Below are positions 1 to 12,300 of a DNA stretch of 64,000 nucleotides, piece by piece; the first letter of the stretch is position 1; each line of letters starts with the position of its first letter. Location: NCBI RefSeq assembly GCF_021028975.2, contig NC_059434.1, forward strand, positions 67,642,001-67,706,000. Reading direction: 5' to 3'. Position numbers and translations under genes: made by a program. The DNA comes from Sphaerodactylus townsendi. Lineage: Eukaryota. Below the pieces are notes generated by a model that saw only the letters and a list, made by a program, of their open reading frames with translations, had not been told where the DNA came from and searched no databases.

Positions 1-286
1 TATCCTAGTTATTAAGTGCTAATACTTCTCTGAAAGCCTTCCTGCCCAAACAAATTTATTGTGCAATTAGTGGGTATTTGTTTCTTCTTTCTTGCTCCCA
101 GCCTTAAAGTTCCCCTTTTGTAACATCTATCAAGCAATCAGAGTAATTTGTTCTCACAAGTCCAGAACAGCTATTCATTTCAGATAACATATTCATGATT
201 GCTGCATGGAATATTGTTAAGGAAACCTTGTACCCTGACCTAGATGGCCCAGACCAACCCAATCTCATCAGGCCTCAGAAGCTAAG

Positions 287-575
287 TGTGGTGTAGTGGT
301 TGAGAGCTGGTAGACTAATCTGAGGGACTGGGTTTGATTCCCCACTCCTCCAAATGAGCAGTGGACTCTTATCTGGTGAACCAGATTTGTTTCTCCACTC
401 TTATATTCCTGTTGGGTGATCATGGGCTGGTCACAGATTGTTCAGAACTCTCTCAACCCCGCCTACCTCACAAGGTGTCTGTTGTGGGGAGAGGAAGGGA
501 AAGGAGTTTGTAAGTCCCTTTGAGTCTCCTTACAGAAGAGAAAGGCAGGGTATAAATTTAAACTCCTCTTCTAAG
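287..575 (+). mobile_element. tRNA-derived squamate SINE (Squam3-like). Other copies ~3475-3720, 10707-10958, 28520-28715(-), 45820-46120, 54145-54370, 55510-55730
   Basis: A box tggtgtagtggtt, B box ggtttgattccc, shared body ctctctcagcccc..acctcacaaggtgtctgttgtgggg. Confidence 0.75.
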
Positions 576-630
576 ACGGGTCGGCCCTGGTTATTAGTTG
601 ACAGGCCTCCAGAGAAGTCCAGGGTCGCTA

Positions 631-860
631 CCGTGTTTCCCTGAAAATAAGACAGTGTCTTATATTAATTTTTGCTCCCAAAGATGCGCTATGTCTTATT
701 TTCAGGGGAAGTTTTATTTTTCTGTGTTCTGTTCGTCAGACATGCTTCCAAACAAAAACTTTGCTACGTCTTACTTTGGGGGGATGCCTTATATTTCACA
801 CTTTAGCAAAACCTCTACTACGTGTTATTTTCCGGGGATGTCTTATATTCGGGGAAACGG
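631..860. mobile_element. Tc1/mariner-pogo type MITE
   Basis: TIR CCGTGTTTCCCTGAAAATAAGAC / GTCTTATATTCGGGGAAACGG; TA target duplication. Confidence 0.8.
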
Positions 861-2515
861 TATGCAGAGCCAGGCAATAACAAACTCATATCTTTATTGT
901 GCCTTGAAAACCTCCATGAGCGGTCACCATAGGTTGGCTGTGACTTGATGGCACTTTCCATCACCAGTTATTACAAGCATCTATTTGGTATTTTTGATGG
1001 CATAATTACCAATGACTGATACTCGATGCACTCTGACCCAGAAGATACCTGCACTGTCTGTTCTGGGTACATTATGAACTTTCTGTTGTGTTTATGTATT
1101 GTGCCACCTAGTGTTTTTTCAGACCACTTCCAAGCAAAGCATTGCAGCACAATTTTTGAAAAGGTTTAGGTTTTTATCATTTGTTCAGCAAAGGATTATG
1201 TGCTTCCTCTCTTCTATATTGAGGCAAACTCTCCAGAATATAACACTATTGCTATTGAAAAGAGATTCATGGGAATGTAGCAGAGTTAAATGCTATGGGG
1301 AACACATTTAATCACTGCAAGTCAATATGACATAAGAGTTGGTCTTGAACGGGAAAGACTTGGGTTCAAATCACTCCAATTTACAATTCACTTTTGGGCC
1401 AGTTTTGTTTTCTTAGCTGAACCTTAAAATGAGATGGCTGCAAAAATTATAGCCTGAATGCCATGGAGAACGGGCAGGATATTAATATAAACAACAACAA
1501 CAAAAAGCAGTGTAGAAAGTATTACTTTTTCATGGACTTGGTTGTACATAAGAATTGCATAAATAAAATACCATTGTTTCCAGTTCTGTGTGGTCTTGCT
1601 GATCAGTCTTATTTAGCTTCAAATTACAGGGAGAAGTGATTGAGAAACCACTTGAAGATGGCTATGGGAACTAGAAATAAATAACAAAGTCAAAAAGGTT
1701 TGAGTTAGATGAGGCCAGACGAGTTTTCTTGTGTCCTAGTAGATACTTCACAGCCATGGTAAATGTTCAAACTAATCTTTTATGACGCATAAAACTGAAC
1801 AAAAAGAAAAATGGGGAGACCTCTGACTAAAGCCATTACTACACTAGCAATAATATTGGAGAGCCAGGAACGAGGGTCAGCTTTAGTAATGAATCACTAG
1901 GCCCAGCATTAACTCCCCTTGCACTATAGTTCCCCTATGAACTTGGGGATAGTACAAGTACAAACACCTTTATTGACATAAAATTAAAATATACATGTAG
2001 GCAGAAAGATCTGCAGGATAAAACTAATAGAATTAAAATGGATGATATAAAAAGTTAAAATTAGTGGTTATATTATATCATTCACTTTTTAAAAATTAAT
2101 ATTTAATCATGAACTTGGGGCTAGCTGCAGTTAGTGTGAAAAAAATTGGGGAAAGATCCACGAGATGCTAGAATTCAATAGGTCTAGCACTGATACGATT
2201 TAATTAAGCAAACAAATAGCTGGGGTGGGGGATGTTCATACTGCATCTGAGGACAATCCTGGTCACTGGAAAAAGTGTGAGCGTGTTCCGGGGAAGGGGT
2301 TGCTTTGCGGGGGTCCAGGGCAAATATCAACCCGGCTGAAGTGGCTTGCGACTTGTTGCCCAAGAAATGTTCCGCGTTGGGAAAAAAAAAGGCGGTAAGG
2401 AACAGGTCCTCCTGGCCTCGTTCAGCAAAAGCTGCCCACCCACGTCTTCTCTCTGCATCCTCCATTTCCCAAGGAAAAGGCCGTTGATCAGCAACTGCCT
2501 GGGCACGGGAACGCA

Positions 2516-2530
2516 ATGGGCGCCTCCAAG
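2516..2530 (+). CDS. Candidate SLC9B first exon 3' end (ATG GGC GCC TCC AAG = MGASK); could be an alternative start or a uORF
   Basis: Strong donor AAG|GTGAGT at 2530/2531 in a locally GC/CpG-rich patch (about 2280-2700); phase 0, compatible with exon 9196. Confidence 0.45.
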
Positions 2531-2536
2531 GTGAGT

Positions 2537-2561
2537 GCTGCTGCTGCTGCTGCTGCTGCTG
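2537..2561. repeat. (CTG)8 tract just after the candidate SLC9B exon-1 donor
   Basis: Direct observation. Confidence 0.9.
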
Positions 2562-3720
2562 GAAACTCGCCTCTGCAAGCAGGGGAGAGGCGTCCAGACG
2601 AGACTCAGCTCGGCCTTTGCCTCCACTGAGTTACGATTGGCTTTCCTTCTTTTATTGCCCTCACCTGGTACTCAGCCGCATCTTCCGGCTTCCTTTTGCT
2701 GAGCAGGGCTCATTTCCCTCCTGGTCTTTGCATCTTTTAGTGCCTCAAGCGGAACTGTTTGGAACTGAATACCTTAACACATCTTGGTCCGGTTTACGTG
2801 TGTTTAGAAGGTGTTTTTTTAAAAAAAAATACTCAAGAGACTCAAGAGATACTCATGAGTATCGTGCTATTTAATTTAGTTGAGTATAGTACTATTTAAC
2901 TTAGTGGGATTTAGTAATCACGCATCCTTTGGGCTTATTAATATGCAGACTAGGAACACGGTAAAGGTGATCTTAGCATGGCTCCCTTTCCAGAGGATCC
3001 TGAGTGTCATCACGATCAAAACTGTACCTATTTAACTTACTGCTTTCCCACCAGGAGTTTCTGGAAGGGCTCTTTGTTTAGTAAATGAAAGATGTTGCAT
3101 ACTGTATTGATCAGTTTTGTACCTTGGAAATAAGGGATGCTTAGAAAACGTTCATTGGTTTGGATGCATTGGGTGGCAAGAAATTAATCAGAAAGTATCT
3201 ACCACAGTGTCTCCTGTTTTGCTCTGGCTGTTAATTCAGAGTACCTATAAATGTTATATATATATATATATGAAGGATTAGAATCCATTCAGGTGCAAGT
3301 AACAATACAGGCATGATGTCATACGTATTATGGCCCCAAAGCAAATTTACTCAGTGAGACTAGTTTTTCAGAGCAATGGTCAAACACACCTGGTGTTTCC
3401 AAAATGTGAGCACACCCCTCAATTCACCCCCTGACAAAACCACTCAGGCCACATTTTCCTTTTATTCTGTTCTTAGAGCCAGCGTGGTGTAGCGGTTAAG
3501 AGCAGGTGCACTCTAATCTGGATAACCGAGTTTGATTCCCTGCTCTGCCACTTGAGCTGTGGAGGCTTATCTGGTGAACCAGATTAGCTTGTGCACTCCA
3601 ACACATGCCTGACAGTTCTTCGGAGCTCTCTCAGCCCCACACACCTCGCAGGGTGTTTGTTGTGGGGGGAGGGAGATTGTAGGCCCCTTTAAGTCTCCTT
3701 ACAGTTGAGGAAGGGGGGAT

Positions 3721-3856
3721 NNNNNNNNNNNNNNNNNNNNNNNNNNNNNNNNNNNNNNNNNNNNNNNNNNNNNNNNNNNNNNNNNNNNNNNNNNNNNNNN
3801 NNNNNNNNNNNNNNNNNNNNNNNNNNNNNNNNNNNNNNNNNNNNNNNNNNNNNNNN
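3721..3856. other. Assembly gap (N run)
   Basis: 136 N. Confidence 1.
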
Positions 3857-5783
3857 TGATTGGCCACTGAGCTGCAGCCCCTCCCTAAGGATTTGTTACT
3901 CGCATGGCTAAACAAAACCATCTACTCTTCAACAGAGAATATATATATATGTGCTTTCCACTAAGGCAATGAAAAAAGATTACAGCTCAGCAAGGCAACT
4001 TTGCTTATGTTGCACAATTTTAATACATTAATTTAATAAGTTGTTGCATATGTTTGACAAGTGTTAACAATATGGAAAAAACAGAAATACAGAAATTATC
4101 AGCAGAGTGAGAATACAAAAATGTTAATGTAGGAATGCTCCTGAAAGTCACAGGCCATGCTCTCAGATGTGTACGTGGTTTCTGCATGTAGTAAGGCCAA
4201 TGAGTTTTGTATTTTGACTCACATCCTCAGATAGGCACTGTTTTACTGCACTATTTTATTGATCATCATAACAAAGAGTTTGGTTTGTTTATAGCCGATC
4301 CTGTTACCTCCTTAATTCATATCTTTGCAGATACTTCAAATTACTTTTTTTGCTTTTTTAACATATTGAATTATCAATCCAATCCTAAGCATTATACACT
4401 TCTAAGCCCATTGATGTCAATCAGCGTAGCAGGAAGAAACTCTGCCTAGGGTTCCACTGTATATCTTTCAAGAACATTCACAGACATTCATGAAAACAGA
4501 AGCCAATGCCTCCAACATACAAAACTGCCATATTATGTAACATAATTGGTCCACTCAGTTCAGTACTGCTTTTTCTGATTAGTAGTGGCTGTCGGGTCTT
4601 TTGTGCACTTAATTTGGAGAAAAGATCCAATTTAATCTCATCTTTGATATTCAACTGAAAAATATATTTACTTCCAAATCTCATTTCCTCCTTTTGTTAC
4701 TCCTCTGCTCACACATCAGGCAGGCCTTCGGACTTTCTGTATCACTATTTTTTCAATAATCCAATTAGTTATTGGCACTTTTTAAAAAAGGTGTTTTAAT
4801 TATTTGGAAAAATGCTCTAAGGAGGCTCTTCGTGTCAGAAGAGCCAGCCAATCATTGCTGTACAGAGCCTGCTTCTAATGGAAAATGACGAAAGTAGCTT
4901 CTTCTGAACTTGATTGCAGAAGTCGGTTGACCAACATGAAGTCATTCTGGTTTCCCAACAGCTTGATCACCATAATTATGTATGTCTGTAAACAGTAGCA
5001 GGATTGTAGCATAGTGTACCACCACTCCCCAAATAGTCCTGATGCCAAGAAATGCTGCTGATGGAATCTATTCTATTATTTAGATGTGGGGAACACTTTG
5101 TCTTTCTTTGGTCAACCCAAAGTTGACTGAGGCAATCTGCAATGAGAGATCAGGTGAATCTGCTGCACACTGATGTTTCAGAATGCGTGTGATTGGCTGG
5201 TTTTACATTTTTGCTTCCAGCCACTCATGAGCATATTGACACCTGGGCCCAAATTGTTTGTTCCTGGATAGTTGCTGTCGAACTCGGAATTCAGAGACAG
5301 TTGAACCAAAAGCAACTTGAACTCTCTCAGGTGTATCAAGCACTGTTCTGACCTGAATAGTCAGTTTGCCTTCATGTATAATCAGAACTTGGGGAAATGG
5401 CCTAGATCAGATAACAACTGCTGAAGCAGAAACAAAGATAATTGAATTGTTATTATATTTACTTCTTATATTTATATTTCATCTTCGCACTACTGAGCTC
5501 AAGGTGGTATACATGGAATTTCCCTTCAGGCACTGATCAGACCCCAACCAACTTAACTCCAGCAAGCAAGCCTGCTTCATTATGTGCTCTCCTGATCTCT
5601 TTTAGGAAAGAACTCATATTAATTTTAAGAAATCCTGATGCTGATGGGGAGGATATCTGAATCACATAAGGCATCTGAAAGGCCAGCTTGTTAACTAGAA
5701 AGTATTATGTTTAAATCATAGGTTAAGAAGTTTGTCAAAGAAGGTGATGGCAGGAAAGAGAGGAGTCAGAATTGTCAACAAAA

Positions 5784-5822
5784 ATGTTAAATAAAGTGAG
5801 CCCGGCGCCTCTGAAACTGCAG
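5784..5822 (+). CDS. Candidate SLC9B start-codon exon (MLNKVSPAPLKLQ), within putative exon 5722-5822
   Basis: Acceptor CATAG| at 5721, AAAATG start, donor CAG|GTATTT at 5822/5823, phase 0 into exon 9196. No homology support. Confidence 0.45.
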
Positions 5823-6729
5823 GTATTTATTGCCAAGTCTTTTTTTTTTTTTACTATTTTGGTAGTTTAGTCGTTAAAAGGAAAAAAAGAAAATAGCTAT
5901 GGAGAAGTTCAAATCTCACCAAAGCCACTGTCCCCTCACTGTCCTCTCTGACTGAAATAAGGTTAAAGCACTCACTGCCATATGTTATGGAGCTTTCAAT
6001 GGTTCAGTGGGGTAGGTCCACAGGATATCTGAGCAACACTGAACAGGAAACAACCACGATGGAACAGCATTAGATCTTTAAAATGAATTAATTTAATTTA
6101 ATCAAATACAAAAGCAGAGCAAGAGAACGTGGTAGTTATCATTGTTCTTAATCTTCCCTCAAATGCTCTCCCAAACAATTTGGTCTCACACAACTCCCTG
6201 AAGGATGTGATGATACGTGGAGGCCTTCCTGATATCAGAAAGCTGTCTTATAGATGTGGCGAAGCAAATAGATACGGGTCTAACTTGCCTAAGTGTGAAT
6301 TCATTAGTGACACTTTGTTTGAACTAGGAATTTACTGATTCACATCTTATGTTCTTAAATACTAAACCGTTCCAGCTCCTGTCTCATTTTTTGGGCAATG
6401 TAAGTGGGAGAAAGGAAGCAGGGCTGAAAGTAACTTACATCTCTTATCAGTACCAACTGTCATGATGAGCTTCAAATAGGTTTGACGTATTCAATACTAG
6501 CTAATACTGACTTACGTCTCTGAAGAGAAGGTTCTCCTCATACACACACCATTAAAGCAATTATTTGTTTAGAAAAACTTTCTCTGCTTCTATGAGGAAC
6601 AGAAAGCTTTCTTTGTTGTGGTTGTTAAATGAACTCAGAAGGATCTTTGGGAATTTGCGTGCAAAGGATATATGAAGCCCTGTTTATGGGGTTTTTTGGT
6701 CAACATAACCTGAAATATATCTGATTATT

Positions 6730-8781
6730 GAATAGAATAGAATAGAATAGAATAGAATCTTTATTGCCAAGTGTGATCGGACACACAAGGAATTTGTCTC
6801 CGGTGCATATGCTCTCAATGTACATAAAAGAAAATACATTTGTCAAGAATCATAGAGTACAACACTTAATGATTGTCATATAGATCTAATAAGCAATCAG
6901 GAAACAATCAATAGTAACGAAACCATAAAATGTAAAATCATAAAATAAAATGAAATGTCAACACAGGCTATAGTCATACAGTCATAAGTGGGAGGAGATG
7001 GGTAATAGGAATGATGAAAAAAGTAGTGCAGTAATTATATAATAAATATATAATAAATAGTTTAACATTATCGAGGAAATTATTTGTTTAACAGAGTGAT
7101 GGCATTCGGGAAAAAACTGTTCTTATGTCTAGTTGTCTTGGTGTGCAGTGCTCTGTAGCGACGTTTAGAGGGTAAGAGTTGAAACAGTTTATGACCAGGA
7201 TGCGAGGGGTCAGTAAATATTTTCACAGCCCTTTTTTTGACCCGTGCAGTATACAGGTCCTCAATGGAAGGCAGGTTAGCAGCAATTGTTTTTTCCGCAG
7301 TTCTGATTATTCTCTGAAGTCTGTGTCGATCTTGTTGGGTTGCAGAACCAAACCACACAGTTATAGAGGTGCAGATGACAGACTCAATGATTCCTCTGTA
7401 GAACTGTATCAGCATCTCCTTGGGCAATTTGAGCTTCCTGAGTTGGCGCAGAAAGAACATTCTTTGTTGTGCTTTTTTGATGACATTTTTGATGTTAGGT
7501 GACCATTTTAGGTCATGAGATATGATGGAGCCTAGAAATTTAAAGGTCTCTACTGTTGATACTGTGTTGTCTAGTATTGTGAGAGGAGGTAGGATGGGAG
7601 GGTTTCTCCTGAAATCTACCACCATTTCTACGGTTTTAAGTGTGTTCAGTTCTAGATTGTTCCAGTGGCACCACGAGGCTAGTTGTTCAACCTCCCGTCT
7701 GTATGCGGTTTCATCGTTGGTTTGAATGAGACCAATCACTGTTGTATCATCTGCAAACTTCAGTATTTTAACAGATGGATCGTTTGAGATGCAGTCATTG
7801 GTATACAGAGAGAAGAGAAGTGGTGAAAGTACACAGCCTTGGGGGGCCCCTGTGCTCATTTTACAGGTGTCTGATGTAATTTTTCCTAGCCTCACCTGCT
7901 GTTTCCTATCTGTTAGGAAGCTTGTGATCCACTTACAAATATGCTCAGGTACTGCTAGCTGATTTAGTTTGGTTAGAAGAATGTCCGGTATGATAGTATT
8001 GAATGCTGAACTAAAGTCAACAAAGAGGACCCTTGCATAGGTCTTTGGCGATTCAAGATGCTGTAGGATATAGTGCAAAGCCATATTAACAGCATCATCT
8101 GTGTATCTATTTACTCGGTATGCAAATTGCAAGGGTCCAACAGTGGATCCGTGATGGTTTTCAAATGGTACATCACTAGCCTTTCAAAAGTTTTCATAAC
8201 TACAGATGTTAGAGCAACTGGTCTGTAGTCGTTCAGTTCCTTGATGGAAGGCTTCTTCGGCACTGGGACGATAGTGGAGTGTTTGAAGCAGGAAGGAACA
8301 TAGCACATCTCTAGTGATTTGTTGAAGATTTGGGTGAAGATGGGGGCCAATTGGACAGCACAGACTTTTAAGCAAGAAGGTGTTATCTTGTCTGGGCCTG
8401 GTGCTTTTCCAGGCTTCTGTCTGTGAAATAGATCTTGCACTTCCTTTTCTGAGATCACCAGGGGTTGTAAACCCAATGAAATGGGTGCAGTTGTAGGAAG
8501 TTTGGCTATTGTTGGTGCATCTGAAATAGAGGTTGTGGAGAAAGGTGACTGTAGATTATTTTCAAACCTACAGTAGAACACATTCAGGTCATCTGCCAAT
8601 TGCTGATTTCCTTCAGCTTGGGAAGGTGGTTTGCTGTAACCGGTGATATTTTTGAGAGTTTTCCACGTGTTTGCTGTTTCGTTTGGTGAAAACTGATTTT
8701 TTAGCTTTTCAGAGTAGTTTCTTTTTGCTGCTCTGATCTCCTTTGTTAATACATTTCTGGCCTGATTATACAGCATTCCTT
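6730..8781 (-). mobile_element. Rex1/Babar-clade non-LTR retrotransposon, 5'-truncated, young
   Basis: RT ORFs 8111-8776 and 7080-8132 joined by one 1-nt frameshift (~8134). Motifs LNDYRPVALTS, FVDFSSAFNTI, GAPQGCVLSP, KFADD, ETAYRREV, MVVDFRR; (TATTC)n tail 6730-6758. Confidence 0.9.
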
Positions 8782-9195
8782 CCTTAATTTATAGTCAGCC
8801 TTTCTCGCTGAAACTCAAGGCAGATTATACAGTTTAAAACAATGCAATAAGAGCAATATAAAACGTTCAACCAGCAGTGAATAAAACCGGGTTACAAGAT
8901 TAGAGAATGTTGTGTTACAAGAAGCATAGGACATACAATATAACATAGTAAGTCATATAAATAGCACAACACAGCCAAATTACCATGGAGTGTAATATAT
9001 ACAAGAAACAAAGCTATAACTGTTTGTATTTCTCAGTTGTTCAACAACTTTAATCCCTGTTATAAAAATGGCTAATTGCTCGTAACATCCCATTGAATTC
9101 AGATTGATCTGCTTCCTAGTATGCTAAGGACTAAGGTATCTTTAGAGGAGTCTATGCATTAACATAGTTTTGCATCTGTCTTTGTTTTGGTGTAG

Positions 9196-9367
9196 AGGTC
9201 CAGTATTGCTGATGTCATAGCAGTCTATGGTCGTTTACAAGGAGAAGATTCATCTGCCTTTGAGTTTCACGATGAAGACTCTCTGCCTGATTGGAAGGTA
9301 TCTGAGAAAAAGAGGAAAAACTGTGGTTGTCCTCCAAAAGGCATTTTAGCCAGTACAGTCACAAACG
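9196..9367 (+). CDS. SLC9B1: SLC9B exon (RSSIAD...NCGCPPKGILASTVTN)
   Basis: TGTAG acceptor, G|GTACGT donor, CPPxG motif of the NHA N-terminus. Confidence 0.8.
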
Positions 9368-12300
9368 GTACGTTAGAAGTAAGGAATCCTGAGGCAAGAA
9401 CCAAGAAAAGCACCCTTGAATTTGCTATTTTGTGAATATTAACTTTCTCTTTCTTGAGCTAATATTTGAAAATAACCACCATTCTAGAATATAAAACACA
9501 TCCTATTTAGACTATAAATCTGCTTATCTTTAGCTGTGGAATGTCTGCCAATTTTATTGAAAATATGTTTTTGAACAGAAATATTTGGGAAGAGCTGGAA
9601 CATTTTGTTCTAGTGTACCCTTGCTCACAGCTGTACTTTTTCAGATTTGTGTTTACTTGTTATTCATTTTGAAAAGGGTCTCCATTTCAATTCCCTTGCA
9701 CCCACCCAGTGCTTAGTGGAGGGGCAGTTTGCATGTGGAAATGCCAGATACTGTAGCTTAGGGTTGAATGAGACGAGACAGGCCCCTTCCGCACATCCAG
9801 AATAATGCACTTTCAATCCACTTTCACAATTGTTTGCAAGTGGATTTTGCTATTCTGCACAGCTGCAAAGTGCATTGAAATTGGCTTGAAAGTGCATTAT
9901 TCTGGATGTGTGGAAGGGGCCGCAGTATCAGACCTGTGTTCAGAATTACCAAGTGTTTTTCTTATAAAACCACAAACACACGAGGGTCTGATTCAGGTAA
10001 AGATTGTGGAGGGGGAAGGGTTTAACTCCTGCTCTCCACCCCCCACCTTGGTGATAACCAGCTCTATGTTTCTTGTCTCTGTAGCACTGCTATTTCTCTG
10101 CTGGGGAAATAGGGGTGAAATGGCAGTTCCATGAAGCGATGTGGGGGGGGGGGGGGAGCTAGAGTAACCCTCTTTCCGCTCCACCAGATTTCTTATAGGA
10201 TTTGGGCCCCCATGAAGCTGCTGTTTTACAAATTAAGATGTGTTAACCTCAGAACAAAACTCCCAGTATCTCACTTAGTTTGACTTTCAGTGCTGAAACA
10301 CACACACTAAAACAAGCAATTAAATAGAAATAAAATAGAGAAGTAATAGGAAAGTTTTAACAATATTTCTGATAAGTATTTATTTAGATCATTATTTCCA
10401 GCTGTTTCTCTCCAATGAAGACTCAGAGCAGCTAGCAATATTGTTAACTCCTCCTCTTCCATTTTATCCTTACCACAACTCTGTGAAGTAGCTTATGTTA
10501 TGAGTGTGTTACTGGTTCCGGTGACCCAGCAAGTTTCCATGGCAGAACTCAGATTTGAACTAGGGTCTCCCAGATCCTAATCCGACACTAACCACTGTAC
10601 CATGTTGGCTGAAAGACATTTGAGCAAGCTTATCTCAAAGACTGTTTCACAGTACCAATAGATTATTACAAAAAAGAAAATTATCTTACACAATAAGGGG
10701 GGGAACCAGTTGTGTGGTATAGTGGCTAATAGTGGTAGAATTTACTGTGGTGAATTGGCTTTGTTTCCCTGCTCCTCCACATGAAGCCTGCTGGGTGACG
10801 CTGGGCCAGTCACAGTTCCCTTAGAACTCTTTCAGCCCGATATATCTCACAAGGTGTCTGTTGTGGGGGGGGAGGGGGGAAAGGAAGGCGGTTGTACGTC
10901 ACTTTGGGCCTTCTTAACAGCTAGAGAAACGTGGGGTACAAAAACCAACTCTTCTTCTGCATTTAGACATCAAAAATTGGCATGAACAAAGTTTATTGCC
11001 ATTTGGACATCTCAGCAAATTGGTGCTGGATTAAAAGCTCCTATTTTTGGTCAAAGTGCATGAGAGGAGAAGGAAGAAGGGAAAGTACAGTCCCAACATT
11101 AAACCAGTTTGCCACAAACTCTGGCTTAAATTTAAACTTCAGTTTATTTGTGACATCTGAACAATGCCTAAGCAGGAAAGCTCATTTGTGTTAATGAAGC
11201 TCTGTAGCTTGAATATTCTCCCATCAAAATTAGGCATTGGTATCAATGAAGTCCTAGAGTCTTTGGCAATATGCTTACACAAACACAGATTAGAGACTGT
11301 GGGACTATTGAAAGTGTTTTATTAAAATTGTTTACAAAGAATCAAGCCAATGTTGCTAGTGGATCTTCCAGAAGGATCCTTCTCTGGCCAAGTGACGAGG
11401 GAAGGCCTCTGGAAGTGTTTGTTCATAACTCACGTGATGTCTTCAAAGATGTCAGATGAATGCATTGGCCTAATAACCTATCCCTACCCCCTTTCTCTTC
11501 CTTGGGCAACAGCAATTAACCAACCAAGTTTAGGCTTCATCACCTGCTTTCTTTTGGTCAGTAAGCTTGCAAGGAAGAACTAATTGAGCAACAAACAGCA
11601 AACATGACCACACCCTTTCCCCATTAATTAGAGCAACTTGACTGCCAAGATGGTGCCTCGTGATTTCAAGCAGTTCAGTGTACAACCTGCCCCAAGGTGA
11701 AAGATCTGAATTTCTTTCACGGGACAGGTATGTTTAAAGCCTAGCCCACAGGTTAATGAGAGAACTTGAGGACAATAAGGCCTTAATGTATTGCCGAAGT
11801 CTTTCACGGCCAGATTCAACTGGTTGCTGTGGGTTTTTTGGCCACACAGCCTGGAAAATCCACAACAACCAATAAGGTTTTAGTTTTCTTCACTTCTGTC
11901 ACCATCAGTAAACAACACAAACAGTTGTATTATGGCTCTGAAACAGAACGTTATGGTGGGTGAAGACCTCGTACTGAAATGTCTCTGAACCCTGTTTAGA
12001 TTTTAGTTGCATTGGCCTGGAGTCTGCATCCCGCAGCTTGCTTGCAAATGAGTACATACCGGTAGTCAAAATGACTAGCAATCTACTTGCTGGTGCAGAT
12101 TGCAGAAAACCGTGCCATTGGCTGACATCCATGAAGTAAAGAAGCAACATCTCAGAAACCTTTAAAATCCCCTTGCAACCACGTTTATTCTTTCTAGCAC
12201 TCTTGATTAACAACTCCCCCCCCCCATCCTAGTGTCTTTTCCAGATTTGTCAATGTTTCATATACACTGACAAATGTGAAAAACATCAGGATAGACTTAC

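Larger units (their letters stand above)
240..965 (+). mobile_element. 5S-derived SINE (5S head + Sauria/BovB-like tail) interrupted by two insertions
   Basis: tctcatcagg..tcagaagctaag | ..gggtcggccctggtta... tail tgccttgaaaac...gacttgatggcact. Confidence 0.65.

Noticed and set aside
2354-2368. RFX X-box-like gttgcccaagaaat upstream of the SLC9B candidate exon 1
   Set aside because: Only one good half-site; not distinguishable from chance.
3631-3921. ORFs spanning N runs (also 13085-13368)
   Set aside because: Artefacts of assembly gaps.
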